A stretch of 64,000 bases of DNA, taken from NCBI RefSeq assembly GCF_000181795.1, contig NW_003526941.1, positions 9,867,057-9,931,056 on the forward strand. Reading direction: 5' to 3'. The stretch comes from Trichinella spiralis (Eukaryota). The notes under the pieces are model-generated. The model ran no database searches. It worked only from the letters and a program-made list of their open reading frames with translations, and was not told the DNA's origin. Numbering within the stretch: the stretch's first letter is position 1; each line of letters opens with the position of its first letter. Of the stretch, positions 1 to 12,336 are shown piece by piece. Position numbers and translations under genes: made by a program.

Positions 1-625
1 ATAATGAGTAGCCAAGGCTAAAATCCATAATCATAGTGGGGAGATTTTATTACTGATAAGAATAAAATACTTAGAAACTAGGAGGCGGAAAAAACCAAAC
101 CTGAATTGATGTGATTTCAGACAATCTGAAATCAACTGATATTACAAAATCTCTTGAAAACTGAAACAAATAAACAGCTAATATATGCACACGTGAGACA
201 AAAGTTGGTGTTGCCGCGATGTCGAATGAAGGAAAGAATGAGAAAATAAAGTGTGATGGTCGATTTCAGGCGAAATTTTCACCGCATTGCTTGTTTCCAC
301 CATTAGACAAAATACGGCTTTGTTCTATGAGTTTGATAAATATCGTGCATATGCCTCTGTCAAAAATTATTCACGTATCTCGTCACATCAGATGAATTTC
401 CAAATGCGATTTTAGTGCAAAGGGAAATTATAAATTGCGCACAGCTAACGCGGTTACGCTAAAACTAAGATGACCAGAAACAATTGGCGGTTAAAATTTA
501 GCTGAAGTGGACCAAGCTGAATTTCAAACACCTCTGCAGGAATAAAAATTCCTACTTCTCACGCCCCCCCTGGAACCTTCCTACGCCCCCCTAGGGGGGC
601 GCGACCCCCTGGTTGAGAAACACTG
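1..625. mobile_element. Terminal part of a hAT (Charlie/Buster-type) DNA transposon inserted in PPP1R14 intron 1
   Basis: Ends in GGTTGAGAAACACTG (reverse complement CAGTGTTTCTCAACC, a Charlie-like TIR) after GC-rich subterminal CGCCCCCC motifs. It is followed by TTCTAGAT (626-633), which fits the nTCTAGAn hAT target consensus. The same site occurs without the element at 47260. The left boundary is not visible. Confidence 0.75.
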
Positions 626-1251
626 TTCTAGATGAAGATTAATTGATGGATTGGGTTTAGTTTGATCTCTCTTTTTTGTCGTGTTAAGAAATATATTATT
701 TTAAAAAAAAACTGCCAACTGTGTTAGATATGTTTACAAATTTTATTCTTCGCCAAAGAAATTGTGAATTTATTTTTAACCATTCAGTGACGCAAGTTTA
801 AAAAATGATCCTATTGCTATTTAAAATTTGCATGAGCCTTCCATTTCAATTTGTCAAAAGTGTTGATTTGATGCGCTTTTACGAGTAATGTCATCGATGC
901 GAATTATCAAAATCTTTCGACGCAGTGATTAATATTGATTGTGTTGAATCTTTTAGCCCACGTCCAACATCTGATCTTTAGATGAGGATTGATTAGTAAA
1001 AAGCAGTTAATGCTTTTATTTTTAATAGTTTCAACAGCAACTTCGCATGAAAATTCGCCTAAAGTGCTTTTTAACCAATTTATCTGAATTATTGCCAATA
1101 AAGACAAGCATTCTTCAAAGTGTTTCTTATATGTATATTTTATCTCTTGAGCATCTTTTATCAAGGCTTTGGTGTTTGTCGTCCATCTATTTGAGAAGTT
1201 CAAGCTTGAACAGCAGCATCTATTTTTCATTTGTAATAAATATATAACGAG
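626..1251 (+). repeat. ~626-bp segment duplicated at 47260-47886 (PPP1R14 intron 1; probable contig overlap)
   Basis: Appears identical by eye to 47260-47886 except for one extra T in a T-run near the end; the second copy ends exactly at an N gap. Confidence 0.95.
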
Positions 1252-2054
1252 TTCAAATTATATATATGATGCAATGTAAAATCGAATGAGATTATTAAAA
1301 TAAAAATTATATCAAGCGTCATATTTTTATCTTTATTTTTTATAAATTTATTATTCTTTTTTATTTTTAGCATTTTTCTTGACTCTTTGTAATAATAATA
1401 AAAAATATATGACCTTGAAATGTTACTTGAATAAGAAACAACATTTATAAATTAACCGGTTGTTGTGAAATGATGTTTCTTTACTGCCTCAATATCAGAT
1501 GTGTTTTATCATGTCTTGTGTTCATGCTATTTAAGTTTCACTTTCACTTTCTTGACTTTAAGCATGCAACTTTCTATTTTTATAATTATTTGTTCTTTTA
1601 ACTCTAATCTTTTCCTGATTATTCATTTTTATCAACCAAGTTTGCTGTCACGTTGCGTTGAAATCAAATTATAAAATGCTTTTTTTGTCTTCTCTCTGCG
1701 ATTGCTGATTTTTTGAAATTTCATATTCACTACCTTCCTCATGCAAAACACATTGTTTGACTAATGATTTCCATTCATGTTTCATTGTTGATATGGTGAT
1801 GTGTTGTGCTTGCTTTTAGCTATGCCATCTGGCGTAAATTCTAATTTAATTATTTTTCTGTGTTGACTGGGCTCACATGTCGGATATATCTTATCTTTAA
1901 GTTAGGTTCATTAGGGAAATACCGTATGTGAAATTTCTAATCCGATCGTCAAGCCGATGCACACTTTTTGAACATTGATTGTGTTGTTGTTCATCATCCA
2001 ACATTTGCACAGATTTCTTCTTTCGGCTGCATATAGATAATTGCATTTTTGCAG

Positions 2055-2556
2055 AAATTCGATGAAGCCATGATCGAGTTGGATTTTCTACTAGACATGG
2101 AAGATGAAGCTCAGCGTCGTAAATGGCTGCAGGTTATTTGATATACTACATCCAAATTTATATTAAAATGTTCTTATCTTTTTAATATTTAGGAACAATT
2201 GCAACTACACTGCTCTAACAAGGCAAAGGCTGAAGTATGTTTATGTTTTTTTTCTTGGTTTTATCCATACGTTATGCACGAATAAAGTTTTCATTATGAT
2301 GTTTATTAATTAATATTGAAACATTTTTCAGCAATAAACATGTCTCTTAATATGAGTTTTAATTAGTTGTTTGTTGAAGTTTTGTTAAATTCTTTAAATT
2401 AAACTTTATCTCCATGGTAAACTGAACAAATTTGTAAACTGAATAAACTCAGTAAATCTTGTGATGCAAAAAAAATATTTATTTATTTATCTATTCACTT
2501 GTTCATTTGTTAAGGCTTTCATCGAAGAGCTTCTGGAAAAGTTGAAGACATTATGA
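2055..2556 (+). CDS. PPP1R14: PPP1R14 (CPI-17/PHI-1) family PP1 inhibitor, exons 2-4 (2055-2132, 2193-2234, 2515-2556)
   Basis: Phase-0 GT-AG exons give KFDEAMIELDFLLDMEDEAQRRKWLQ|EQLQLHCSNKAKAE|AFIEELLEKLKTL*, resembling the CPI-17 C-terminal half (EIDIDELLD...FIQELL). Confidence 0.85.
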
Positions 2557-3151
2557 ATGTTAAAGCTGTCTCGGTTGAAATTAAAAATATTTACCTTACC
2601 ACATTATCTGATTGAAAAAGAAAACAAAAAACCAACATGCAACTTTATGGAAGTTTTATGCAAGAAAAATACATGTCTTTTTTGTTAATGTCTTCTTTTG
2701 TAATGAGGTTCATTTTTAATTATTCTCCTACTGTATGTTTTTTCTATCGCCTTCAAATGTTAAGTGTGAAAAGTATTTTCACTTGTTAGTCATAAACGAA
2801 CAAACAGTTTTTTACGAATGTAACGAAAACGTTTAACAATTCTTTGCATTACTGAAAAATGAAAAAATCAACTATTTTTACAGCATATTTTTAATAATTT
2901 TCTTCAATCATTGTGCCAATGATTTAGTTAATCAAATTTTTGATACAAAAAAAGATTCTAGATGATTTATAAATAGTACTACATGAAAGAAGTAAAGTAT
3001 TTTAAAAAGTTCTGCAAGGTGAAATTGGATGATAAAAGTAACGATCTGACAATTTTTGTTGCAATTCTTAAAAAAAAATTTTCCGGATCACAATGCACGT
3101 ACGTACGTATGACTGTATTGCACATTTCATGTAAAAAATAGGGCACTAGTA

Positions 3152-4273
3152 CAGTGGAACTTCGATTATTTGAACACACAATTTTTGGGGGGCCTTCGGA
3201 TAATCAGTCGTTTTCCATTTTTCTAAATCTATGTACGTGATTGAAGCGTTTATAGCTGTGATTCTCAATCAGACGGGGACGTTCTGTTTATTATGCGACG
3301 TTATTTGCCCCTTTACTCGCTTAAATTGCACGAGCGTTTATTAATACGGTCGATCATATTTTTCAGCGCTACGCTGAAAAAGCACCAGATTTACTTTGTG
3401 TCAGATTTTATAAAAATCTGTAATAAGTTTCTGCTTTAATGAAGACAGCTTCTTCTGTGCAGAGACATCGCGAATACGTCTCACTAGCATCAGCTGAGTA
3501 GCGCTGAACTCCTTCAGCTGCTCCCTCCACTTGAAGCCTAATTTGAAGGAAAAATAGGCTTCTGAATGGCTCAGACCCTTCTCATTTGGCTTATCAGACA
3601 CATCACCGTCTTTATTTTCATCTTTTTCCACTACTTCCAGTATTTCATAGTCAGTTAATGTTTCACATAATGGAGTATCATCATCGGCTAGCCACTGTAC
3701 AACTTCATCCCGCGATAACTTAAATTTCTCGAACATTTCTATTGTAAAGTTGTAAAATCATCATCACAGTCTGTTGATTGGTTTACACATTCTTCATTGT
3801 AACCAAGAAGTTTATTCCATGATGCACGCAAAGTAGATCCTGAAATCGAGTCCCACGCATGCGCAGTTATATAGCAGCAATCCTTCAAATTTATGCTTTT
3901 AATTTGTAACACCATATCGTCTGCATCAGCTTCTGAAAAGACAATTCTTCGCAAGAGTTCTTTCCTATATCGGGATAGATATGTGAAATTGTTTACAGAC
4001 GCACACCACAATTCTCAGCAATTTACCTGAACAACTCGCCAATTTCCATTAGTCTGCACATCTTTAGTTTTTGCTCTAAATTCAAAACCTTTCTCTTTCT
4101 AGTAATAGACATACATAATGGAAATAACAATTTAGCCAACAACAGAATGTTACAGTATTACTAAAATGCAGGTTGAATTAATATCATAAACAATGCACTT
4201 TAACAAGCCGGCCAAATGTTCGGACAATCAGGTGTTCAGATAATCGGTTATCGGGATAATCGGAGTTCCACTG
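3152..4273 (-). mobile_element. pogo/Tigger (Tc1-mariner) transposon, internally deleted
   Basis: TIRs CAGTGGAACTTCGATTAT / ATAATCGGAGTTCCACTG are flanked by TA on both sides. Minus-strand remnants include a CENP-B-type N-terminus (MSITRKRKVLNLEQKL), the DDE tail (YRKELLRRI...AWDSISGSTLRASWNKL) and the C-terminus (LTDYEIL...KQKLITDFY). Confidence 0.9.
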
Positions 4274-4603
4274 TATTATGAAATTTGAAATTAGATAAAT
4301 TTTTATAAACACGGAGTTTTGATTGTATAAACTAAAATAATATCTTGGTCAAAATTTTACCTTGCTTTCAGTTTGTTTACTGTAGTATTGTAGAAATACT
4401 GTTGTAGGGGATTGTGCGAAAATTTTCCAGATATCAGTTTTTTTGTTTCCTATATACGAAGTTTCAGACGTTGATTTTTAATTTTTTATATTTTGGAAAA
4501 TTTATTCAACTTTGCCTGACCAAAAAGTTGTCGATTTTACTGCTTGATTATTCAATTAATTGACGTTCTTTAATTTTTCACATTTGAGCTGTACGTGCAG
4601 AAA

Positions 4604-7600
4604 ATGAAAATTTCATCTTTGTGTCTAGACGACGTGTTAGAAAATTCACCACAAGTGAGTTTTCTCATTTTCCGTTGTTTCAGAACAATTGTTGTACAGG
4701 AACATTCTATTTTTTGTTTATTTATATTCAAGTTTTCATTAAATTTTAAAATTATCCCATTTGTTTGATTTAATTTAATAAAAAATCATGATATCAACAA
4801 TAAATCAGTGATGAAATATTTTTTTTCCCAATTGATTGTAGAAATTTGCCTTACAGGAAAGACAACAACAGACTTTCTGAAATTGTTGGGGATACGGAGT
4901 AAATATTTGCGCCCCCAACCAGTATTTTCCAAGCTGTTCTTATTATCACTTGAATTTCTTGTTCAACACTGCACCCCGTTGACAAATAATTGATAATAGT
5001 ATTCTCTTTCAGCTGTTTCAGAAAAAAATATTGCACATTACCCAATGAATTAATAATAAAGTTGTTTTTACTTCAATATCTGTTGCTCGGCAAATACGAC
5101 ATTTCAGCGTTCTACCTGTTGTACATTTTAAAAGGACAGCAACATAATAATTTTCTAATGCACTCAATTGTGCCCAGTTTTGTCATTGCAGGTCAATGCA
5201 TTTCACTTATTGGTGTAAAAATATTCAATGTGAAATGTTACCAGAAACAGGTGGTTGACTTTTCTTTGCATCCGTTTGCCCCCCAGCAAAGAGAAAACAA
5301 GAAAAAAGCTTTTTTTTCTCTTTGGAATAGAAAAAATTAATACTTTTCAAACATTTACTGTAAAAGATGTTTTTTTTTCTTCACATTTGGAATCTGGTTA
5401 GTTGTATTTTGAAGAGTAGGTTTTTGCAAATTTTTAAACTTATCATTTATTACAGATATTTTCAGAAAAAAATTAAACTGATGTTCAAATTTTTTAAGAC
5501 AAGATGTATGCTTAAAGTTTTTGAAGAAGATGCAAAGCTGTTGCACGAGTATGTGAATCAATTTCAGGATCAACTTGAAAGCCTCGTTGCGGCGCAGGTA
5601 TAAATTAATTTTTTTCTTTTACTTCGTATCAGTTTAATAACGGTAAAATATGCAAATTGTGATAAGTTTTGAATTTTTATCCTTAGAAACAAGTAGCCCA
5701 ATCGATGGAAAAGTTGTCGGCATTTTTGGGCAGTTATTCAAGAGTGTGTTTTCCGCTCGCGTTGAACGACTTGGAATTTCCTGCTTTGTTGGAAAAATTT
5801 CAAGGCAGAATTTGTGAGGTGATCAATTAGATTGATAGGGAGAAATTGTATTTGTTTCATTTTTATTTTTTGGTTTTGCAATTCATATTTTTGTCCGATA
5901 ATTCAGTTGGGATCTTGGATGAACTTGATGGTGCAGCAGTTGCGAAATTGCGTTTTGTACCCTGTGAACAAGTTGTTGTCTCGGTTGGTTGAACTTGAAA
6001 ATCACAAAGAGGAATACGACGAATTGTCGGACGATTTGAATACATCTTTGTTGAAATTGGTGAAACTTTCCCCTAAATGTCCTGCAAAAAAAGTTGAAGA
6101 AATTGGAACCGAATACGGTTTGATGCGTCAACGTTTCCACCAGGTGAACATTAGAAATCTAATATAGTGAATAAATGTTTTCTTTTTACAATATTTCTCT
6201 TAATTATTATTAGGCAGGATTGAATTATTTTACACTGTTAAATTTGTTGCAATATCAGCGTCGCATTGCTGTCGTAGAACCTTTGCTTAGTCTGATGTAT
6301 GCGTATCGTTCTTTCTTTCGCATGGGCAATCAGTGTATGAGTCATGATGAAGAATTGGACGATTTCTTTACCAGAGTACAAGAGCAAATTCAGAGGTTGT
6401 TTCATTTTTTGAAACAGTTTCATGCATACTGCGTATTTGATGTAATTCTTATTTATTTTTTCAGTTTTCATATAGAACAACAAGCATATGGTCAGTCGAC
6501 ACAAGATTACATGAAAACTGTTGAAGAGATTGGCCGTCTTCAACCGGATATTTATTACGCAGAAGGTTCACCTTTGGACAAATTTACTGCTGACAAGAAT
6601 CCAATCAGACACAAGCGGGGCTATTTATTTTTCAAATCGTATTTCATTATTTATTGTTCACTAAATGACATGACTGAATGATATTTTTTTTCTAGAAAAA
6701 CTGCACTTTTGACAAAATGGGATCGGATATATTTTTACACAGAAAATCGCAATTTAGTATCGCAAGGACGTGATGATGTAAATATTGAATATTATTATTA
6801 TTATTCAAATTCAAAATGACTAGAACATAAAGAAGAACTATTGTGCAACTTCTGTTTGCAGTTTTATTATTATTTGGTCACCTTTTTTCTTCAGATTGCA
6901 AGTCAAATTTTACTCGAAATTGACAATACGGTACATGCATCGTTTGCTGATCATGAAGAACGGCGTTACTGTTTCAGCATTGGTTGCGCCAATGCTGAAT
7001 TCAAGAAGCAGTTCATATTTCAAGCGATCTGTGAAAAAGATTGTCGAGAATGGATTGAAGCGATTAATTACATATCTCAGCATGGAAATGAGTCTCCTTA
7101 TAGAGAAAGTTTGTCGACGGTTGAAAACACCAGTCCACCTACAGAACCGACACCAGATAACAACAGCACATCGGAACGGGCATTTGGTGGTAAATCTGAC
7201 AACAGCTCTGTTATCAGCTTCGGCGCCACTACTACTACTCCGATACAATTTGACATGCTCAACTGGTCCGACGAGGAAGAATTGCCGACAGATACAACAC
7301 TGCTAAGTTCAAGCGACGAAGGTAAATGCAAATTTACATAATATATCATTCTAACATATCAGTATTTTTATTCTCTTATTTCCTTGTTTTTTTGCACTGT
7401 AATTGAAATTAATGTTTTACTAAAGCAAAACTTCGCTTTTTAAGAGATACAAATGATGAATACGTTCGAAGTGAAATTTCTCGGCTGTATGGAAGTGGAA
7501 AATGATCGTCGAGAAACAACGGCCCACGATGCAATTCGTCAAGTGCTCCAGGCTCGCATGGTGCACAATATCATCCGAGCCGTCGATATGAAAATGCTGC

Positions 7601-7887
7601 TTGCAGGCAAGCCGGCTGATCAGCTGCGTTTGCTTCATCCGGATAGTGGCCGTTTGAAAGCACGCTTCGCCATGGTTGATTTGGTCTACTGGACCTCGCA
7701 CGCGAACAACGAACGCGTACTCGCGTTTACAGTAAGACGGCGTGGGCGTAAAGAAGGCGGCAAAAATCTATTCATTTGTTATGTGCTTGAATCGACTGGC
7801 TGCGAAGCTGCCAGCGAAATCTGCGACGCAATCGCAGAATCCGTGAAAACTGCTTTACAGTCATTTCCGATCAATACGCCATCGTAG
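4604..7887 (+). CDS. APPL: APPL1/2-like (DIP13) adaptor with BAR, PH and PTB domains, multi-exon
   Basis: N-terminus LDDVLENSPQ|TRCMLKVFEEDA (cf. APPL1 LEDSPQTRSLLGVFEEDA). PH domain KRGYLF...WDRIYFYT...ERRYCF...QA..EKDCREWIEAIN. Linker TPIQFDM. PTB domain FEVKFLGCMEV...IRQVLQARMVHNI. Internal exon boundaries were only partly traced. Confidence 0.9.
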
Positions 7888-8288
7888 AAAACAATAACGA
7901 AACCACAATACTAACATTTATTCTTTACCTTTTCTTTCAGCATTCATTAAACGTCAAATGGGTGCTCAAAATTAACACAAAAATAGACATATATATATAT
8001 ATATATATATATGTATATTCACCAGAGAGTAAAATGCGAAGCATAAAAGAGGAAATCTTTGTTATTGTTAACCCGGTAGATGTTGCTTTTCCATTTCTGT
8101 TTCTTATACAACGTTCTTTTCATGACAATCATTTAGACTAGAATAAAAGTGGGTCAACCAAAACACTACTATTGTGCACACGTATTCAACATTTATTACA
8201 AATCTTTAAAAGCGTCAATCGCATAACAAATTTCCTTATAATTCATTCAATTTAAATCTACTTACAATAATCATTTTAGTAGTAGTTC

Positions 8289-8741
8289 TTAAACATCTTC
8301 ATCATGATACCACCAAGATGTGTGCTTTGGATTTTTGCTGCTACGCAAGACGTACACAGCATTGTCTGGTGGTTCTTTTTTTTCTTTGCAGCTAGAAAGC
8401 ATTGACAAAATGGACAGACAAACCGAATGAACACCCAATGCCGGTGTCCAATCTTCACCAAGAATGGACAAACAAATGTGGCCGTTGCTGTAGACGTGCG
8501 GATGAACTGGTATGTTAGGGCCGATAAAAACCACTTGCGGGGATGAGAATGGGTAATTGTCGCCAAAAATAAACTGAAGTTTGAATTTTTCACCAGCATA
8601 CAGCGTACCGGGTGCACCATCCATCTCAACTATCCATCGATTCATATTGTCTTGATCTTCGGTCATACTTATGCCTGGTGTAGGGCTTGACCGCATCTGA
8701 CTGATTTCTTTTTGCAGCCGCCGACTTAATGGATTCGACAT
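8289..8741 (-). CDS. UBE2W: Ubiquitin-conjugating enzyme E2 W
   Basis: Intronless 150-aa ORF containing HPHVYSNGHICLSIL, SVCLSILSMLSSCKEK and a C-terminal WWYHDEDV. Confidence 0.95.
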   Translation of the reverse strand: MSNPLSRRLQKEISQMRSSPTPGISMTEDQDNMNRWIVEMDGAPGTLYAGEKFKLQFIFGDNYPFSSPQVVFIGPNIPVHPHVYSNGHICLSILGEDWTPALGVHSVCLSILSMLSSCKEKKEPPDNAVYVLRSSKNPKHTSWWYHDEDV

Positions 8742-9845
8742 GCTTCAAAAATGAAAATCTGAAAAATGTGAGATTAGTTCAAAATTAACAATTCCATGTT
8801 TGAACGTGATAATACTGAAACCAAGTCAACTGGAACTGAAATAACAACATGGAATATAATATACAATTCGGCACAAATGAACTTAATGCAAAATTTAGAC
8901 GAATGCAAATGCACGTTGTATTGATTACTAACCGTTTTAAGACTTAAGAGTAAATTTCGCAATCAATCAATAAGAAATAAATATCACTTAGCAAAACGCC
9001 TATCGAATATTTTTAAACGTACGTTACAATAAAACTTACAGTATACATTAATTGCCCAAAGGTTCCTGCTTCTAATATTTTCGCCATTTCTTTTACATTT
9101 TATTTTGATGCATTACAGAGCGTTTCATAAATGAATTAAATTTACAATAAAATAAAACTATTTTTAAAAAGTAATTTTTAAAATACTTTAAAAAATTTAA
9201 TCCGCAAATACATTATCTTGTTTTCTACAGTATACTATTATGCAAGTGTCATATTAAATATCAATATCAGACTCTTTGATTAACTGCTAATAAACTTATA
9301 GTATTAAATTAATAAGGTAATTGTTATTTTACAGTGAAAACTAAATTATTGGAAACGCAGTGCTGCTATTTGAAAATAATTTTCATGTTGTATTAGAACT
9401 AAGTTAATAGCTATGAACTTGCTAGTAAACTGTTTTGCAAATGAACATCAAGTAACAGAACAAGTGCCATTGTGTTCAAACGTTGAGCACATGAATAAAA
9501 TAAAAAATTAGAAACTTCTTGATGTGATACGAAAACACTAACAACAAGACAAACGATGCAAAGCTTTTTGTTATTGTTTCTTTGCCATATTTCTTTGTTA
9601 TTTTTTCAAATGTAACCAGCAACAAAAATAATTATTATTGTTAGATTAATTATAATTAATTATTATGTAAAAAATGAATATTAATTATTCGACCAAAGCG
9701 ATTTTTAATACTTTTAGAAATTCATTCGTGTTGTGCAAGTACAGCAGTTCACAAGTGCATTTCAAAGCTACTGATAATCAAGAAAAATATTTATCATGAA
9801 CTCAGCATGAATTCTATTATGTTGTTAATCAATCGCAATAAAAAT

Positions 9846-10436
9846 TGTATCAGTGACGGCTGCGATAACAATTAAAAGAAAGTCAACACCAGAAGTCAAT
9901 TCAAAAATGATAATTACATTGCACGAATTAAAAAAGTAGAACGACCTTTATCCAGCGGCACAAACATTTTGCTATATATATAGCGTGATTGCGACACTCA
10001 GTCAGTGTTATAGCGAGAGTCAGTGAAAGCGTGTTGATAGCTTGTTCGTGCGTACTGCTGGAATTCATATCAGCTTGTTAATAAACGTTAAAGACCAGAA
10101 ATATGGCTCGAATGAATGACCAACAAGATGAACGCATGAATGAAGAACAAACTCACATGAATCCGCAGAAGTTTACAGTAACATGAATATTACAAATGGT
10201 GACGAGAATGAAATCCAAAAAAGAACTGCCACTACGCCCGTTCACGGAAAAGTCCGGCATTCGGTACAGCGATGACGCCTTTTTCTGGAAATGGAGACCA
10301 AAAATATGGTTGTGATTGGAAGAAAAAATTTCGAATAGACATCCCGCAATTCGAAGAGAATGCAATCCAAAAGGAAACAGTTATACAAAATCATGGCATT
10401 CTGACAAAAGCCACGGTATGGTTGCTGAAGCAGGAA
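9846..10436 (+). mobile_element. Gypsy-type 5' LTR (9846-10194) with primer-binding site and probable gag start
   Basis: TGT...ACA termini with internal TATATA and AATAAA. At 10197, TGGTGACGAGAATGAAAT matches 14/18 of a tRNA-Ser(GCT)-type PBS (TGGCGACGAGGATGGGAT, from memory). A homologous LTR copy lies at 41411-41735. Confidence 0.7.
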
Positions 10437-11650
10437 ACCTCCTCCACACAAACAAAATTGTAGGCCCGCCCGCCATTCCCTACAGAATTGTATAACCGCC
10501 CGCAAAACCTTCCATCCATAGAAAATTGTACAACTGCCCGCCACTCTCGCCACCCATACAGTGTTGTATACCTGCCTGCCACTCTGTTCTTTACACATAT
10601 AGAGTGGGACACCCTACCGCCAAACTCTCCACCCAAACAGTTGTAAACCAGCGCGCCACTCTGTCCTCTACACATACAGAGTGATGCGCTCCCCCCCCCA
10701 ACCAATGCCTCTGACACAAACAGATTGTATACCCGCCCGCCAATCCCTAACAAACAGAAAGTTGTATACCCGCCCTGCACTTCCTCCCATCCATACAGAG
10801 TTGTTTACCGGACCGCCACTTTGTTTTCCACCCAAACAGAGCTGTACACCGCCCCCCCCCCAATCCCTCCTCCACGAAAACAGAGATTCATAGCTTTCAT
10901 TCCCGCCCTGCACTTCCTCCCAGCCAAACAGAGTTGTACACCCCTTGCCAATTCCACCTATACATAGTTGCATACCGTCCGAAACTCTGTACACTACATA
11001 TGCAGAGTCGATAAACCTCCCGCCAACAACTCCACCCACATAGAGTTCTACACCCCCCGCCAATCCCGCCACCAAAAGAGAATTGCACACCTGTCCGCCA
11101 CTTTTTCCTCCACCCCAACAGAATTGTACACCTACCCTCCATTCCGTCCTCAACACAGAAAATTGTACACCCACTTCCGAATCCTCCACCCATACAGAGT
11201 TGCACACCCACCGCCAATCCCGCCACCAAAAGAGAACTGCTCACCCGTCCGTCACTTTCTCCAACCAAGCAGAATCGTATACCTGCCCTTCATTTCCTCC
11301 TCCACACAGAGTATTGTATATCTGCCCGTTAATCCCTACACGCATATAGAAATGTACACCTCCCCACTATACCCTACATCTCAACAGATTTGTATTTTTC
11401 GCCCGCCATTCCTTCCACTCACACAGAGTTGCACTCTCTGCCATCGCCAATCACTCCTCCCAAACAGAGTTATACACCGACTTCGCACTCCCTCGTTAAC
11501 ACGTGCAGATTGCAACGCGAACCGCTTGCCTTCCCTCCACCATAAAACAGTTGTACACGCCTTCGCCAATCCCGTCAGCAAAAGAGATTTCTTACCCGTC
11601 GTCACTTTCTTCTTCAACCGAAAGAATTGTATATCTGCTCGACATTCCCT
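10437..11650. repeat. Degenerate ~40-bp C-rich tandem satellite running into the assembly gap
   Basis: A core resembling CAGAGTTGTACACCCGCCCGCCA recurs about every 40 bp (roughly 30 units by eye), with strong C/G strand asymmetry. Confidence 0.9.
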
Positions 11651-11660
11651 NNNNNNNNNN

Positions 11661-12053
11661 GTTCGACAGATGAAAATATTAATCAAAGGATTGAAATTGG
11701 CCGGAGAAACTGGCAATCAATGGAGACGCTGGGCCAACGCTGCTGTAGTGAACGTTATGCTAGTGCCCAGTTGCTCGGCTCGAAAGAAACCAAGCTACAA
11801 ACAGCGCTGTTTTTTACAATAAACTGCTCGAACAGGTGGATCAGAAAGGTAACGTCGACATCGCCATTTATGAAATCCATGCTATGATAGCGGACCTCTA
11901 CCGAACGGGAGGAACAGATTTGAAAAAAGACGTCAATTTAGCTGTGTATCATTATAACGAAGCGGCAGCTTTAGCAACTGAAAATTGAAAGGAAAACTTG
12001 CCATGAAGTATTACACCGCTGCTGAACAATGTGCAGCTGAAGAAGGTGAATAA
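11661..12053 (+). CDS. EEF2K: C-terminal (SEL1-like repeat) end of eEF2 kinase, with apparent single-base indels
   Basis: YEIHAMIADLYRTGGTDLKKDVNLAVYHYNEAAALATEN, then a frameshift, then KGKLAMKYYTAAEQCAAEEGE*. This matches the eEF2K tail pattern (GG.GL.KD...YTEAAEAAMEAMKGRLANQYY..AEE). Confidence 0.85.
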
Positions 12054-12336
12054 TAAGTTGGAAAACAAAGAATAAACTTTATTCTTATCATTTTTTCAAT
12101 TTTTGTTATTATATGTTGACAAAGTTTACCTTTCATACATTTTTTCTTCGTTATTATTTCAAAAATCTATGCTCAAACATCGATATATGTATATATATAT
12201 ACTTCAACAATCAACAAACTTCACAAAAAATAAATATAAGATAAACAGACTCGGTTAATTACCACAAGAGAGATGCTGAAAAAAGTGAAACTTGTTTCTG
12301 TTGTCAAAACAGGATTGCATTTAAACATTAAAAAAA

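Noticed and set aside
907..1247. ORFs duplicated at 47541-47932
   Set aside because: They lie in duplicated PPP1R14 intron sequence and resemble no protein I recognise.
10437..11650. CRISPR-like regularly spaced repeats
   Set aside because: Eukaryotic context, degenerate units without unique spacers, and no cas genes.
10242..11887. Many overlapping ORFs of 70-284 aa
   Set aside because: By-products of the stop-poor GC-rich satellite; some read through the N gap.
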